Assembly: GCA_951406725.2 (NCBI GenBank)
Contig: OX597832.1
Location: forward strand, 26,536,001-26,600,000
Direction of reading: 5' to 3'
DNA from: Octopus vulgaris
Lineage: Eukaryota
DNA: 64,000 nt
Below the pieces are notes generated by a model. It did no database searches, was not told the DNA's origin, and saw only the letters and a list, made by a program, of their open reading frames with translations. Made by a program: the position numbers and the translations under genes. Of the stretch, positions 50,839-63,712 are shown in pieces. The number at the start of each line of letters is the position of its first letter. The stretch's first letter is position 1.

Positions 50839-52570
50839 CATCATCTTCATCGTGTAACATCCGTTTTTCATGCTGGCATAAGTTGGACAGTTTGACTGCG
50901 GACTGACGAAACAGATGGCTGCACCAGGGTCAAGCCGATCTGGTAAAGTTTCTACAGCTGGATGCCCTTCCTAACTTCAACCACTCCGAGAGTGTAGTGG
51001 GTGCTTTTATGTGCCACCGACACGAGGGCCAGTCAGGCGGTACAGCCAACGGCTGCGCTCGAATGGTGTTTTTTACGAGTCACCTGTAAACCCATGCTAG
51101 CATGGAAAGCGGACGTTAAACGATGATGATGATGATGGGAAACTCTGCAATCAAGCACACATATATTTCTTTATTGCTCATAGGAGGCTTAACACAGAGG
51201 GGACAAACGAAGGGTATAAGTCGATTACATTGACCCCAGTGCGTAACTGTTATTTATTTAATCGACCCCAAAAGGATGAAAAGCAAAATTGACCTCGGTG
51301 GAATTTGAACTCAGAACGTAGCGGCAGATGAAATATTTATTTCTTCATTGCCCACAGGGGGATAAACATAGAGGGGACAAACAAGGGGATTAAGTCGATT
51401 ATATCGACCCCAGTGCATAACTGTTACTTATTTAATCGATCTCGAAAGAATGAAAGGCAAAGTCGACCTCGGCAGAATTTGAACTCAGAACGTAGCGGCA
51501 GATGAAATATTGCTAAGCATTTCGCCCGGCGGGCAAACGATTCTGGCAGACACACACATATATGCAAATACGAATTACTAAACACAAACATTAAATATGC
51601 ATAATGCAGGTATAGTTAGGTGCGTGTGTGCACATACTGGTTATAAACTTCAGACTCAAACTTAATACTTGATGCAAGGGAGATAAATATTTGGGACTTA
51701 TTCGTTTACTAGAAAAGGGAGATAACAATGTGAAACATATTCGTTTACTTCAAAATGTATATCGACGTATATGAGTGTATATCTCTGTATATACACACAC
51801 ATACATATGTATACACGCGTGTGTATATATATATATATATATACACACACACATATACTCTTTTACTTGTTTCAGTCATTTGACTGTGGCCATGCTGGAG
51901 CACCGCCTTTAGTCGAAGAAATCGACCCCAGGACTTATTCTTTGTAAGCCTAGTACTTATTCTATCGGTCTCTTTTGCCGAACTGCTATGTAACGGGGAC
52001 GTGAACACACCAGCATCGATTGTCAAGCGATATTGGGGGGGGGAACAAACATAGACACACAAACATATATATACGACGGGCTTCTTTCAGTTTCCGTCTG
52101 CCAAATCTACTCACAAGGCTTTGGTCGGCCCGAGGCTGTATTAGAAGACACTTGCCCAAGGTGCCACGCAGTGGGACTGAACCTGGAACCATGTGGCTCG
52201 TAAGCAAGCTACTTACCACACAGTCAATCCTATATATATCTATATATTTATATAAATATCTATACGGATATATATATACACACATATCGGTATATGCATA
52301 CACACACACACACATATACTCTTTTACTTGTTTCAGTCATTTGACAGTGGCCATGCTGGAGCACTGCCTTTAGTCGAGAAAATCGACCCCAGGACTTATT
52401 CTATCGATCTCTTTTGCCGAACCGCTAAGTTACGTGGACGTAAACATACCATCATCGGTTGTCGAGCAATATTTGGGCAAGAGTCTTCTAATATAGCCTC
52501 GAGTTGACCAAAGCCTTGTGAGTGGATTTGGTAGACAGAAACTGAAAGAAGCCCGTCGTATATATGTATA

Positions 52571-52655
52571 TGAGCGTCCAATAATACTATATTTGTTCCA
52601 CATCCTCGCGTTGTTGTGTTTTTTCTTTGTGCTTTCATGTTTGGATTAACTAACT
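52571..52655 (+). mobile_element. More truncated copy of the same element (no hammerhead), in a SINE (TA)n tract
   Basis: tgagcgtccaataatactatatttgttccac...gtttggattaact then (TA)n. Confidence 0.7.
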
Positions 52656-55600
52656 ATATATATATATATATATGTATGTATATGTGTGTATATGTTTGTG
52701 TGTCTGTGTTTGTCTCCCCAACACCGCTTGACAACCGATGCTGGTGTGTTTATGTCCCCGTAACTTAGCAGTTCCGCAAAAGGGACCAATACAATAAGTA
52801 CTAAGCTTACAAAGAATAAGTCCTGGGGTCGATTTCTTTGACTAAAGGCGGTGCTCCAGCATGGCCACAATCAAACAAGTAAGAGAGTATATTCTTGGAG
52901 GGACTTGAATGAATTAATACAATCTTCTTTTGTTATTCGACTTTTTGGCTGAGACATCGGCCCTGTTGTCTCCCAAGGGTTGACCAGATTGCATTGCTTT
53001 GAGATTTTGATTATGTGACTTTATTTTTAGGGTGACATTGTAGGGCAGGTGTGAGAGGCTGAATCTACCCAGTCTGAGCAAATAACACTGGTAGAATATT
53101 TCGGTAAGATATCATCATCATCGTTTAACGTCCGTTCTCCAAGCTGGCATGGGTTGGATGGTTTGACTGAGCTCTGGAGAGCCAGTGGCTGCACCAGGCT
53201 CCAATCTGATCTGGAAATGTTTCTACAGCTAGACGACCTTCCTAATGCCAACCACTCTGAGAGTCTAGTGGGTGCTTTTCACATGCCACCAGTACAGGAG
53301 CCAGTCAAGCAGCACTGGCATCGACCATGTTCAGATAGTACTTTTTACGTGCCGCCAGTCAGGGGCCACTGGCCACAGCAACGATATGGTAGGTTTAAAT
53401 GCTGAAAGGTTAAAAATTCTCAAATATTCTATTAATTTCTCCATAAACTGCATCTGTGAGGAAACTTTCAGTAGAATTACACCAAAATTATTGAAACATT
53501 TAAGAAGAATCAACTTTTCTCAAATAAACTCATTTGTTACTCTTACCAATTCCATTTGACATGGAATTCTTTTTTTTTTTCCAAAAACAGCTCCAAAGAC
53601 TTTAGAAAGCAACATAAATTATTAAAAAAATTTTAATGAAACAATAATATTATTATTTACTAATTTTGATTTTCTCGTTTTTTTCCGTTTTAAATAAATA
53701 GATTTTAAAAAAATTTTTTATTTACTTTCAGTTACAATTTCATTTTGATTTTTGTTGTTGAGTCTTTTCTATGGATAAAATAAAAAAAAAACATGATGAA
53801 CATTATTATAACAACCACATATAGATAATGAGACAACACAAACACGGATGAACACCACAGCATCATTAGCTATGATGTTTTAAATGCTTTCAAATTATTT
53901 GTACAGCAGTAATATTAGGGGGGGGAGTAACTTCAAGTTATCTCCCTTTAATACTAACATACCACTACTACTACTACTACTATTATTATTATTATTACTA
54001 CTGTTAAGTTACACCTAGAGATATTTCGTTAATAATAATAATTACTATTAATTTTCTATATACATCATCTGTGTCCATGTGTGTGTATGCTACAGATTAC
54101 ACACACATACTATATTCTAGTGTGTACACACACTATTCCCAGTGCATACACACAGTTGCACAAATACACACACATTTCCCTGTACACATACACATATTTA
54201 CAAATGCACACACATTTACGTGGATGACACAGATTAAAGAAACACGCACACACACACACACACATGAATGCATACACACATTTACACAAATGAATGTGTA
54301 CGCACAGACATATACACACCTACACACACACACACAGTCCACCACAGGGTCCAGTCCTTGCTGCAATGTGGTGACTTGTATGCCTCAATGGCCTTGGGAG
54401 CTATGACAGTGAAGGGGCAACGTCCTGGTAAGGTCTCCCATGCAGGCATGTCAAAGGATAGAGGCCAGAAATATATGGACCAACTCCTTCCAGAAGCAAA
54501 AATGGGTTTGCCTAGGGCCAGCTTCACCTCATCTAGAAAGAACAGCAAAGAATATAGAGGCATCGATGACAATTCAGAACCACCAAGACCTAGAAGAGAG
54601 AAGCCTTCCTTGAAAAGAGAGCTCAGAGTGGAGAACAGTCAAGAAAAGTCATCAATGGTCTATTCTCTGTAAGGCGTAAAAGATTTAACATAACACACAC
54701 TGAGATGGTGGTTGAGTGGACAGGATGCCAGCCGAAAGGTCTGAGGTTCTTATCTTCTATCAGACAGCAATATTTTGTGCACATCAGTCCACTAAACAAT
54801 GAATAGATTCCATGAAAAGGAAATGTCCATCTTTAGTAAACAGCAGGGACAACTGTCACCCCATGGATGTTTCATTAGCTTGCAGTGCTGGTTTCAATAA
54901 CTTCTCTGTGTAAGGGGTTATGAGTTGGGCTCCACCAGCAGGGTTACCCTCCTTGCACGCAATTCTTGTTTCTGATTTACGTACAAAGCCAGTAGCTTTG
55001 AGGGGGATGGGGTTAGTCAACTCCATCAATCGTGGTAATTCACTGGTACGCTTGACCAACTCTGGAAAGATGAAAAGCAAAGGTGACCTCAGAAGGATTT
55101 CAACTTTGAACGTATTTAAAGAACTGGAGTGAATGCTACAAAGCATTTTGTCCGATACTGTAACAATTTTGCCAACCCATATCCCCATCTACCCCTTCTC
55201 ACACATAATGCTATATTGAAGAGAGAATCAATCACTAGAATGTCTACTCTTCAAAAAGTAGGGCCGTTGCCACTATCACATGTCTATCCTATATAAAACT
55301 AACCAAGACCTCAGCCCACCACCACTATAACAAAAATATATATAAAACCCAGAAAATCAGGGCTAACCTATCATCTTGAATCCTTAAGAAACTAGAAGAA
55401 TTATCTTTGTTCTTAACCTATAACCATATGTGCGCAAAATGGTGATCTCATATCAAGATAAACAGCACATAACCTTGCAGGTGGGGCCCAGTTAGAATTT
55501 TCTTCTAGTCGAGTAACCCCGTCCCGCTCAAAAGGTCCCTGAATAAGGGTTGTTTAAGGATGTTGAAAGAACCACCCATGTTTCCAGAGGTGAATTATTC

Positions 55601-56192
55601 AAACCCTAAAGAATCCCTTTCAACACATGTCTATGATGCTCCCCCACTACTTCTGCTCATGATCAGAGATGCACATATCGTCAGCTACCAAGGGGCGTGC
55701 TCAACCGGTTATGGTCAAACAACTGACAAGCAAATCTGTGGTATTGAGCAGAATATTTGCTGTAGCCCATCTTTTATCCCAAGACAAAACAATGTACATG
55801 ATAATACTTCCAATCAGTTAAGATCAGAAGACATGAGAACCACTGCCTGGTATTCCATCAGGACATTTATTATTATTATTATTATTGAGTGAGAGAGCAG
55901 TGCATGCCATCAAAGTGACACTGGGGTAAAATATACGAAGCCCAGTATACCCATCATGACTACCCATCTGTATTATTATTATTATTACTATTATTATTAT
56001 TATTCTATTCAACTTTAAATAATAACAGCCAAAGTCTTTTGAGCAGCTTGTAAAAAATGTAACTCTGTCTTCTGGAGGATTTTCTCAGCTGAGAGTTAAA
56101 AAGAAAAAAATGTTACCTTTTATTCCTCCTAACCAGCTGCCTGTGACCATGCTGGAGTAGTGTTTTATAATATATATATATATATATATATA

Positions 56193-56470
56193 TTAACAAT
56201 TGAGGATAAAATCTTTAAAAGAAATTATCAGTAGTCAGCGTGAAAAACCTCGTAAGAGAAAAAATCCATAAATTCTTCCTCTTTGAAAATATTCATTTAT
56301 ATTATAATGAGGGTACTACTATTAGTAGATACCAACACGCTAAGAGGGACCAATGCAGTCAAAACTACTAAAAATAAACAAAAATAAACAACTAAAAATA
56401 AATATTTTTAGTAGTTTTGACCGCATTGGTCCCTCTTAGCGTGTTGGTATCTACTAATAGTAGTACCCTC

Positions 56471-56481
<11 letters not shown>
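56193..56481 (-). mobile_element. AT-rich (TA)n-inserted element with terminal fold-back (56298-56376 / 56403-56481)
   Basis: Inverted arms directly visible; minus-strand end ...ttttatcCTCAATT; (TA)n on both sides. Confidence 0.65.
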
Positions 56482-56514
<33 letters not shown>

Positions 56515-57147
56515 TATATAATATGAGGGTTTTAGCTCCTCTTTCTAGCAGGTAGGCACCTTGTGTGCCCTGTGCCCTTTTCATGGATATAAATTTCAAA
56601 TCTTAATTCTATAGCTATCTAATGTTATTTAAGGCCTGCAGCTACCTATATTATTATTATTATTATTGTTGTTATCATCAACTATTTATATTTACTGCAG
56701 ATAATAAAAACAATAATAATATCTATATAAATATTCAATTCTGAATATTTACTCCTTATTTACTCAGAATTTTCTTCCAGCTGAGCAGCCCATCCTGCTC
56801 AAAAGGGTTCCTGAATAAGAGTAAAGGATGTTGAACGAAAGACCCATGTTTCCAGAGGTGAATTATTCAAACCCCAAAGAATCCCTCTTAGCACTGAAGC
56901 TGTTCTGATTTTGGCCCTAGAAAATTCAGAACACTTCAGTAGATTTCAACGTAACGAGTTAAGGGATTTTTTCTTCAGTTGGCAAAACTTGCTGATGAGG
57001 GTTGAGGCTTTTGGCCAGAACTAGAAATCACAATCCAAGTAGATCCAAATACCAAAATATTTAACTTTGAGCTGTATTTGGTTATATCAAAATTGTTTAA
57101 CCTTTTTGCCTGCATATGGTTGTTTTTATATATATATATATATATAT

Positions 57148-57250
57148 TGCAATCCTTAACATGTATGTATTAACTTTGTTGGGTACTTCACTAGCAGTAT
57201 ATTGGATATATGTTATCCCATGGAGGGTTGCATTTACAACCCCTATCTCA

Positions 57251-57253
<3 letters not shown>
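57148..57253 (+). mobile_element. Truncated copy of the 44028-44430 element in (TA)n
   Basis: tatgtattaactttgttgggtacttcactagc...acccctatctcaatt identical to about 44339-44429. Confidence 0.75.
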
Positions 57254-57281
<28 letters not shown>

Positions 57282-58131
57282 CTGCGCAGATGCAGCCCCT
57301 CGTCGGCAATAAAAAAATGCCAACTAGATGGTAAAAGTTTTTATTTTTTCATTTCATTCCTGTCAAATTCTATCCCTAATTTTTGTGGTTATAGAACCTA
57401 GCTGTTCTTTCTAGCCTGTTGAATCCCACGAGTGGATTCCTTATGTGTTTAAATGTACACTGTATTTTATATATATATATATGTTGTGAATCTGCCAAAC
57501 TGCTGCTTGGCTGAACGCCAGGAATCCTAACAATTAGACTGTACCTCTCTGTGTGTATGTATGTGTGTGTGTGTCTGTGTCTGTGTGTGTGATCAACCCA
57601 AGTTAAAAATAAGAGAAGGAAATAATATTGTAATCAACATCATAACAAAAGACAAAGACAAACACACTCAGACTTCTGGAAGAATTTTTGGAGTTTTCCA
57701 ACTTCATTTTCTCTGTGTGTGTGTGTGTGTGTGTATGTGGGGTTTTGGCAATAAACATCTTTGCAGAAGGAGGACACGAGAAAAAATGCTGTATGAGTGG
57801 GGAGAAGGGGAAAAAAAAAAAAAAAAAAAAAAAATCAACATTTATAAATTTTGCCCAGAATCTAGGCAAGGATGCCCCACAGTTATTCTTGAAATTTTTG
57901 TATAACTTACAAAAAATTTTTTAAAAACCCCCAAAAAATGAAAAACACAAAAAAATATGAAATAAAAAAAGAAAACAATAAAAATGGGGGGGGGGGATGT
58001 TGGAAAAAAAGAAATAAATGTTAAACATCCAGCTAATATATTTATATTTTTTGTTTGTTTATATTTATATTATGATGTTCTTTTTTTTTTTTTAAATATT
58101 TATAAATATTTAATTAAAAAAAAAAAATTCA

Positions 58132-59108
58132 TCAAACAAAACGTGGTTGACGATCATCTGAGGGCGAACGTGCAAGGGGAATGAGTAATTCCGAGGATGA
58201 GGAGTCCAGCGATTCCGTAGACGTCACTGATGGAGAACTGGATTTGCTGCTTGCAGGTTTGTGGGTGAGTGGAATCTCAGGCACCTGCATCTTTGGTTCG
58301 ATCGGTATGATGGAAGTGAGGACGACGGGGGAATTGGCAGACACAGTCCGATGTAACGGCGTCTTGGGGTTAGATGCAGAACTGGGAGAAATGCCAGGCA
58401 ACGGGTCGAAGATTTCTTCTCGGTGTCGAGGCTGGTTTGGCCTGGGAGCCGTCGTTTTCACGCACACCTTCGCCGTGACGACAGGTGGCGATTTGATGTG
58501 GCGCAATGCCGACAGTGGCACTTCAGTGTGCTCCGACGGCAGCTTGCCAGGCTTAGAAGTGGTAGCAGGGTTAAATGAAGTGACAGTGTCTAGGCTTCTG
58601 GCAGCCGTCAGCCGGACTCCATCATCCGAATATTTAGACGGGTAATAATAGACTTTAGCGTCGGTTTTTAGCGATGTCGGAATAGCTCTCTGATCCAATG
58701 CTTTTTGTTCAGTCCTCAACAAGAAAGGAAGCGACACAGTTTCGGTCAACTTCCGGTGGTCATTTTTCTTTCCGACGTCAAAATTTGGAGATTCATGAAA
58801 AGGTTTCTGTTTATTTGTGGGGCACAAATGGAAGCTTTTGGGTTCTGTTAAATGGACTTCATGGTGATGTAGTGGCAGAGATTGTTTTTGTCGTAGTTGT
58901 TGCTGCTGCAGGCGTTTGAACTGTTGATGTTGCTGCTGCACTTGTTGCTGCTGTTGTAGTTGTTCTTGCTGCACTGGCAGCTGCTGCTGTTGTTGCTGTT
59001 TTTCCTGTTTTTCTCCTTGCGTTTCCATCTGAAGTGGAAGATGAACTTTCCCAACAATTGTATCGTCATTGGTCTTACTGGCAGCTGTCAAAGGCATCGT
59101 TATGGCAA
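58132..59108 (-). CDS. Terminal coding exon of an unidentified gene (poly-Q, Ser/Pro/Thr-rich, probably disordered C-terminus ending ...DDRQPRFV*)
   Basis: 977-bp non-repetitive open frame with higher GC than its surroundings; polypyrimidine tract + AG acceptor at 59109-59130, phase 1; stop at 58132-58134 followed by U-rich UTR-like sequence. Upstream exons not found in window. Confidence 0.8.
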
Positions 59109-59730
59109 CTAGAAAAACAAACAAAAAAAAACACAAACTGCATTATTTTTCATCCCAGCATGTTGACCAAGCGCTACACACACCAACCAGACTCTGACAC
59201 AACAGAGATCAACGCTTTACAATTACATACAACAGAAAACAGAAAACAAATTAACAATTGAGAAGAGACTTAGTCTGAAAAGGGAAAGCAGTGGTCAGTT
59301 ACAACTTTAGAAGTATCCCGGACTCAGATTTGGTGAGTAAGAGCAGCAGAAACACTGACCCATGGAAGAGGTGGGTCAAAAGAACCAGTTGTCCTTGGAT
59401 TGGAACCCTGTTCTAAATGCTTTCAACAGAGTGGACTTAGCTAAATGCACCCAAAGTCCAGATTATCATCATCATCACTATGATTTAACGTCCGTTTCCA
59501 TGCTGGCATTGGCTGGACAGTTTGAAATGACCCAGCAGGCTGTGGATGGTGTTAAACCAAAGAGGAGATCAGATTTATCTCATAACAAAAGCCAATAGAA
59601 TAAATAGAGAGGTTGGTTCGTTAGACTAAAATTCTTTAAGGCGGTGCCCCAGCATGGCCACAGTCTAAAGAAGAATAAAAGCCTTGTGAGTGAATTTGGA
59701 AGATGGAAACTGAAAGAAGCCTGTCTTGTA

Positions 59731-59774
<44 letters not shown>

Positions 59775-59814
59775 TATACACACACACACACATATATCTA
59801 TCTATCTATCTATC

Positions 59815-59850
<36 letters not shown>

Positions 59851-59892
59851 TATATCTATCTATCTATATATATATATATACACACATATATA

Positions 59893-59979
<87 letters not shown>

Positions 59980-60876
59980 GTATATGTGCATATATATGTA
60001 TGTGTGTGTGTGTCTGTCTCCCCCACCCCATCACTGCTTGACAACCAGTGTTGGTGTGTTTACATCCCCATAACTTAGCCGTTCGGCAAGAAAGACCAAT
60101 AGAATAAGTACAAGGCTTTAAAAAAAGAAAAAGTCCTTGGAGTGATTTGTTTGACCAAAACCTTTCAAGGCAGTGCTCCAGCATGGCTGCATTCAAATGA
60201 CCAAAACAAGTAAAAAAATAAGAGAATACACACACACACACACACACAGAACAGAAGACATGTCCTGGGGCCGTTCAATGAGATTGAACCTAAAGCCACG
60301 AGGTTGCAAAATACACTTCACCATGCAACCTATATGTATTATTGTCATCAGCATCGTTTTTTTTTGGGGGGGTTTTAAATCATCCTTATTTTCATTATCA
60401 TTGTTTTAATGTCCACTTTTCCATGCTAGCATGGGTCAGACAGAATTCACTTCAGCAAATTTTCTCTGGCCAAGTCCCATTCCTTTCGCCAACCCTCACA
60501 CGTTTCCACAAAGGACAAAACACAAATGACACCACTTGTATGATGATTGCACTTGCTTATAACCATCATATGATGTCAGGACAAGCAGACACACACGCAC
60601 ACACACAAACACAAATATACACGTGTCCAGAAAGTCTGCTGCAGGTAAATTCACCTGAGGAATTTCGGCCATTGGAAAAGTTCGCCACAGGAAATTTTAC
60701 TGCAAGACAATTTCACTGAAAAAAAAAAGATGAATTACTCCCTTGGGTTTCAACCAGCCTATCCCTTATATTATTACGGCAAAGCTACGAGGTGGGGGTG
60801 AGTCGTGGCAAATAAAGCAATCTACAAGATGATTGTGTTTTCAAAAACAAAAAAATTCTGCTTAAATAAAAAGTAA

Positions 60877-61272
60877 TCTTTATATATAAAAGAGAGGTTG
60901 TGTGTCTGTCTCCTACGATTTAGATTCCTAACTACTCCCACATTTTGCGGTACAGTTTAACCAAAACCGGGTATCTTATAGTCGTGATTCATATCGAGCC
61001 CTTCTGGGTATTAGCGCGCGTCTACGATGAGTCTATGATTAAAAAAAATTTACCATCATTTTTTTCCATTTTAATGCATTTTTTTCGCTATTATATAAGG
61101 GAAGTAACTCTCTAAAAATGTCTACGATGAGTCAACGATTTAAAAAAAATTTACCATCATTTTTTTTCCATTTTTAATGCATTTTTTTGCTATTTTTTGG
61201 CTATAACTCTCTAAAAATTCTTATATAGTTATTTCCCTTACAAACCCGAGCAACGCCAGGCGATACTGCTAG
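60877..61272 (+). mobile_element. Non-autonomous Helitron
   Basis: A|TCTTTATATATAAAAG ... cccgagcaacgccaggcgatactgCTAG|T; homologous to 21668-22036. Confidence 0.85.
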
Positions 61273-61684
61273 TCTATAATATAAATTAGACATGGGCGAC
61301 CATTCTATTCTTTCTTGTCTTGAGGTTCACAGCCAAACGACTGGGTGGATTCACATGAAAAATGGCACACATGTGGAGACGGGTGCATAGATTGGAATGC
61401 AGTTTGTATTTATTTCCTAACCCCCATACTTACTGAGAAAATCGATTGAAACTTTTTCTAATAGAATTTTTCTCTTTCTTCTGCCATTAAAACAATCAGT
61501 TGCTTAGAAGCTGTTTTCTGACGGGGTGGGGGTCAGGAAATTTTCATACAGCTGGAGGCTCCAATCGAAACAGGGGTCCCGAAATGATAAGGTTGACAAA
61601 CGCTGTTATAGATTATGCCTAACCGAAAACGATCACAGCCACATCATCCAAACAGACCGGGTGAAGCCCGGGCTTAGCTGCTAG
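61273..61684 (+). mobile_element. Second, unrelated Helitron-like element directly abutting the first
   Basis: Starts TCTATAATATAAA at 61273; ends cgggtgaagcccgggcttagctgCTAG|T with a GC hairpin. Confidence 0.6.
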
Positions 61685-62572
61685 TACAATTTAAATACGA
61701 AAACAAAAAACAGTTAAATCTAAAACAGAATTATAAAAAACATACATACTCTTTTACTTGTTTCAGTCATTTGACTGTGGCCATGCTGGAGCACCGCCTT
61801 TAATTGAGCAACTCGACCCCGGGACTTATTCTTTTGTAAGCCCAGTACTTATTCTATCAGTCTCTTTTGCCGAACCGCTAAGTAACGGGGACATAAACAC
61901 ACCAGCATCGGTTGTCAAGCAATGCTATGGGGACAAACACAGACACACAAACACACACATATATATACATATATACGACGGGCTTCTTTCAGTTTCCATC
62001 TACCAAATTCACTCACAAGGCTTTGGTCGGCCCAAGGCTATAGCAGAAGACACTTGCCCAAGATGCCACACAGTGGGACTGAACCCGGAACCATGTGGTT
62101 GGTTATATAAAAACAATTGTTTTCAGAATTGTAATTTCTCTAAATAAGGCTGCCTGCCATATCTTTGAAATTATCTACACGGTGAAATTATTTTACGGCA
62201 AAATTTCCAATACGGCAAAGTTTTCTAAAGCGAGTTTCCCTGTGGCAAAAATGTTTACAGCAAATATTCCTAGAACCGGAACATACACATTATGAACTTT
62301 CATTTTCCATCTATCAAATAAACTCATAAGGTTTCAGTCAGTCTGGAGGATACAGTGGAAGACACTTACCAAAAGGTGCCATGCAGTGGGATTGAACCCC
62401 AAACTGCATGGTTGGGAAATAATTCAACCAAGCCACGCTTATGCCTTAATAAATATATTTCATACACATACACACACATAATATAACAACATTTGATGTC
62501 TATGGATATTTTTACTCATGCTGGCCACTGGTAAAAATTAATATCTAATTTTTACCCTATATTTTGAGATTT

Positions 62573-62730
62573 GTCTTCCATTCTCTGGATCTTTCCTTCT
62601 ATGTTTCCGACGAAGAGCTCCGCTCAAAACGTTAAACCCTCCTTCTTTCCTGAGCATCCAATAATACTATATTTGTTCCACGTCCTCGTGTTGTTGTGTT
62701 TTTTTGTGCTTTCATGTTTGGATTAACTTT
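62573..62730 (+). mobile_element. Short PLE-pLTR-like element with decayed hammerhead motif (62603-62637)
   Basis: GUUU-CCGACGA-A-GAGC-ucc-GCUC-AAA-ACGU-U-AAAC; ends ggattaactt then (TA)n. Confidence 0.7.
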
Positions 62731-63022
62731 TATATATATATATATAGATAGATAGAGAGAGAGAGTAAAATCTATTTGCCAGCATAAAGCGGCAGTCCTA
62801 ATGCAGGTATAAGGACACAGTTGTGCATTGGTAGCCAGCTGGAAAAGATGTTTTCCTGGGGCTAAAAAAGGCAGTAACATTGTCCTAATCAAGACAGCCA
62901 CTTGACGCTAGGAAATAGATTTTTACTCTGTAGTACCGTTACTACTTACTTCTCACTCAGAGATTTAAAACTGTTTTCCTCTCTCTCTCTCATATATATG
63001 TGTGTGTGTGTGACAGTGTTAA

Positions 63023-63238
63023 CCCATGAAGTCCCACTGTCCTATAAATAGGACACTAAATGAGAACATTAAATAACCTATGTCAGATTGTCTCAGTGTC
63101 CTATTTCTAGGACACCGAGTATTTCCATTTCTACTTGAAGTAAAGGAGTTTTAATAATTATTCTTAAACCTATTTTCCATCATCTGTAAAAATTTTAAAG
63201 TAATATTCAGAAATTGAATTACTCTGGGACTTAATGGG
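63023..63238. mobile_element. piggyBac-type MITE
   Basis: TTAA|CCCATGAAGTCCCA ... TGGGACTTAATGGG|TTGA. Confidence 0.6.
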
Positions 63239-63494
63239 TTGAAAGTAGATAACCGCATACTTCAGTTCCACTACTTCCTAATCACAAAACCATGCTGTGT
63301 ATGTACATCAATTTGTATTTATAGAAATGAAAATAAAGAATACACACACACATGTATATATGCATAGGCACAAACACATTGTTTTATTCAGTGGAATGAA
63401 GTGGAAAGAACTCAGCCAAGTATTCTAAGTTTGGTTAGCAGAATTACATAGGACACATACAGCTATTTATGTATGCTTTATGTGTATCTCTCTT

Positions 63495-63529
<35 letters not shown>

Positions 63530-63712
63530 TTATATGAAGTTAAATATATGTCATAAAAGTGACCACTGGTCACTTTATGACCAGTGGTTTCACAGACTGG
63601 ACATATATTTAACTTCATATAAATACAATGCTGCCCTAACCATCAGTGTGCTTCTCATTTGCATATATGATCCACTGACAATGTACACACACACACACAC
63701 ACACACACACAG

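Noticed and set aside
58181-58645. 154-aa plus-strand ORF
   Set aside because: Antisense shadow of the minus-strand exon, which has the splice acceptor and longer frame.
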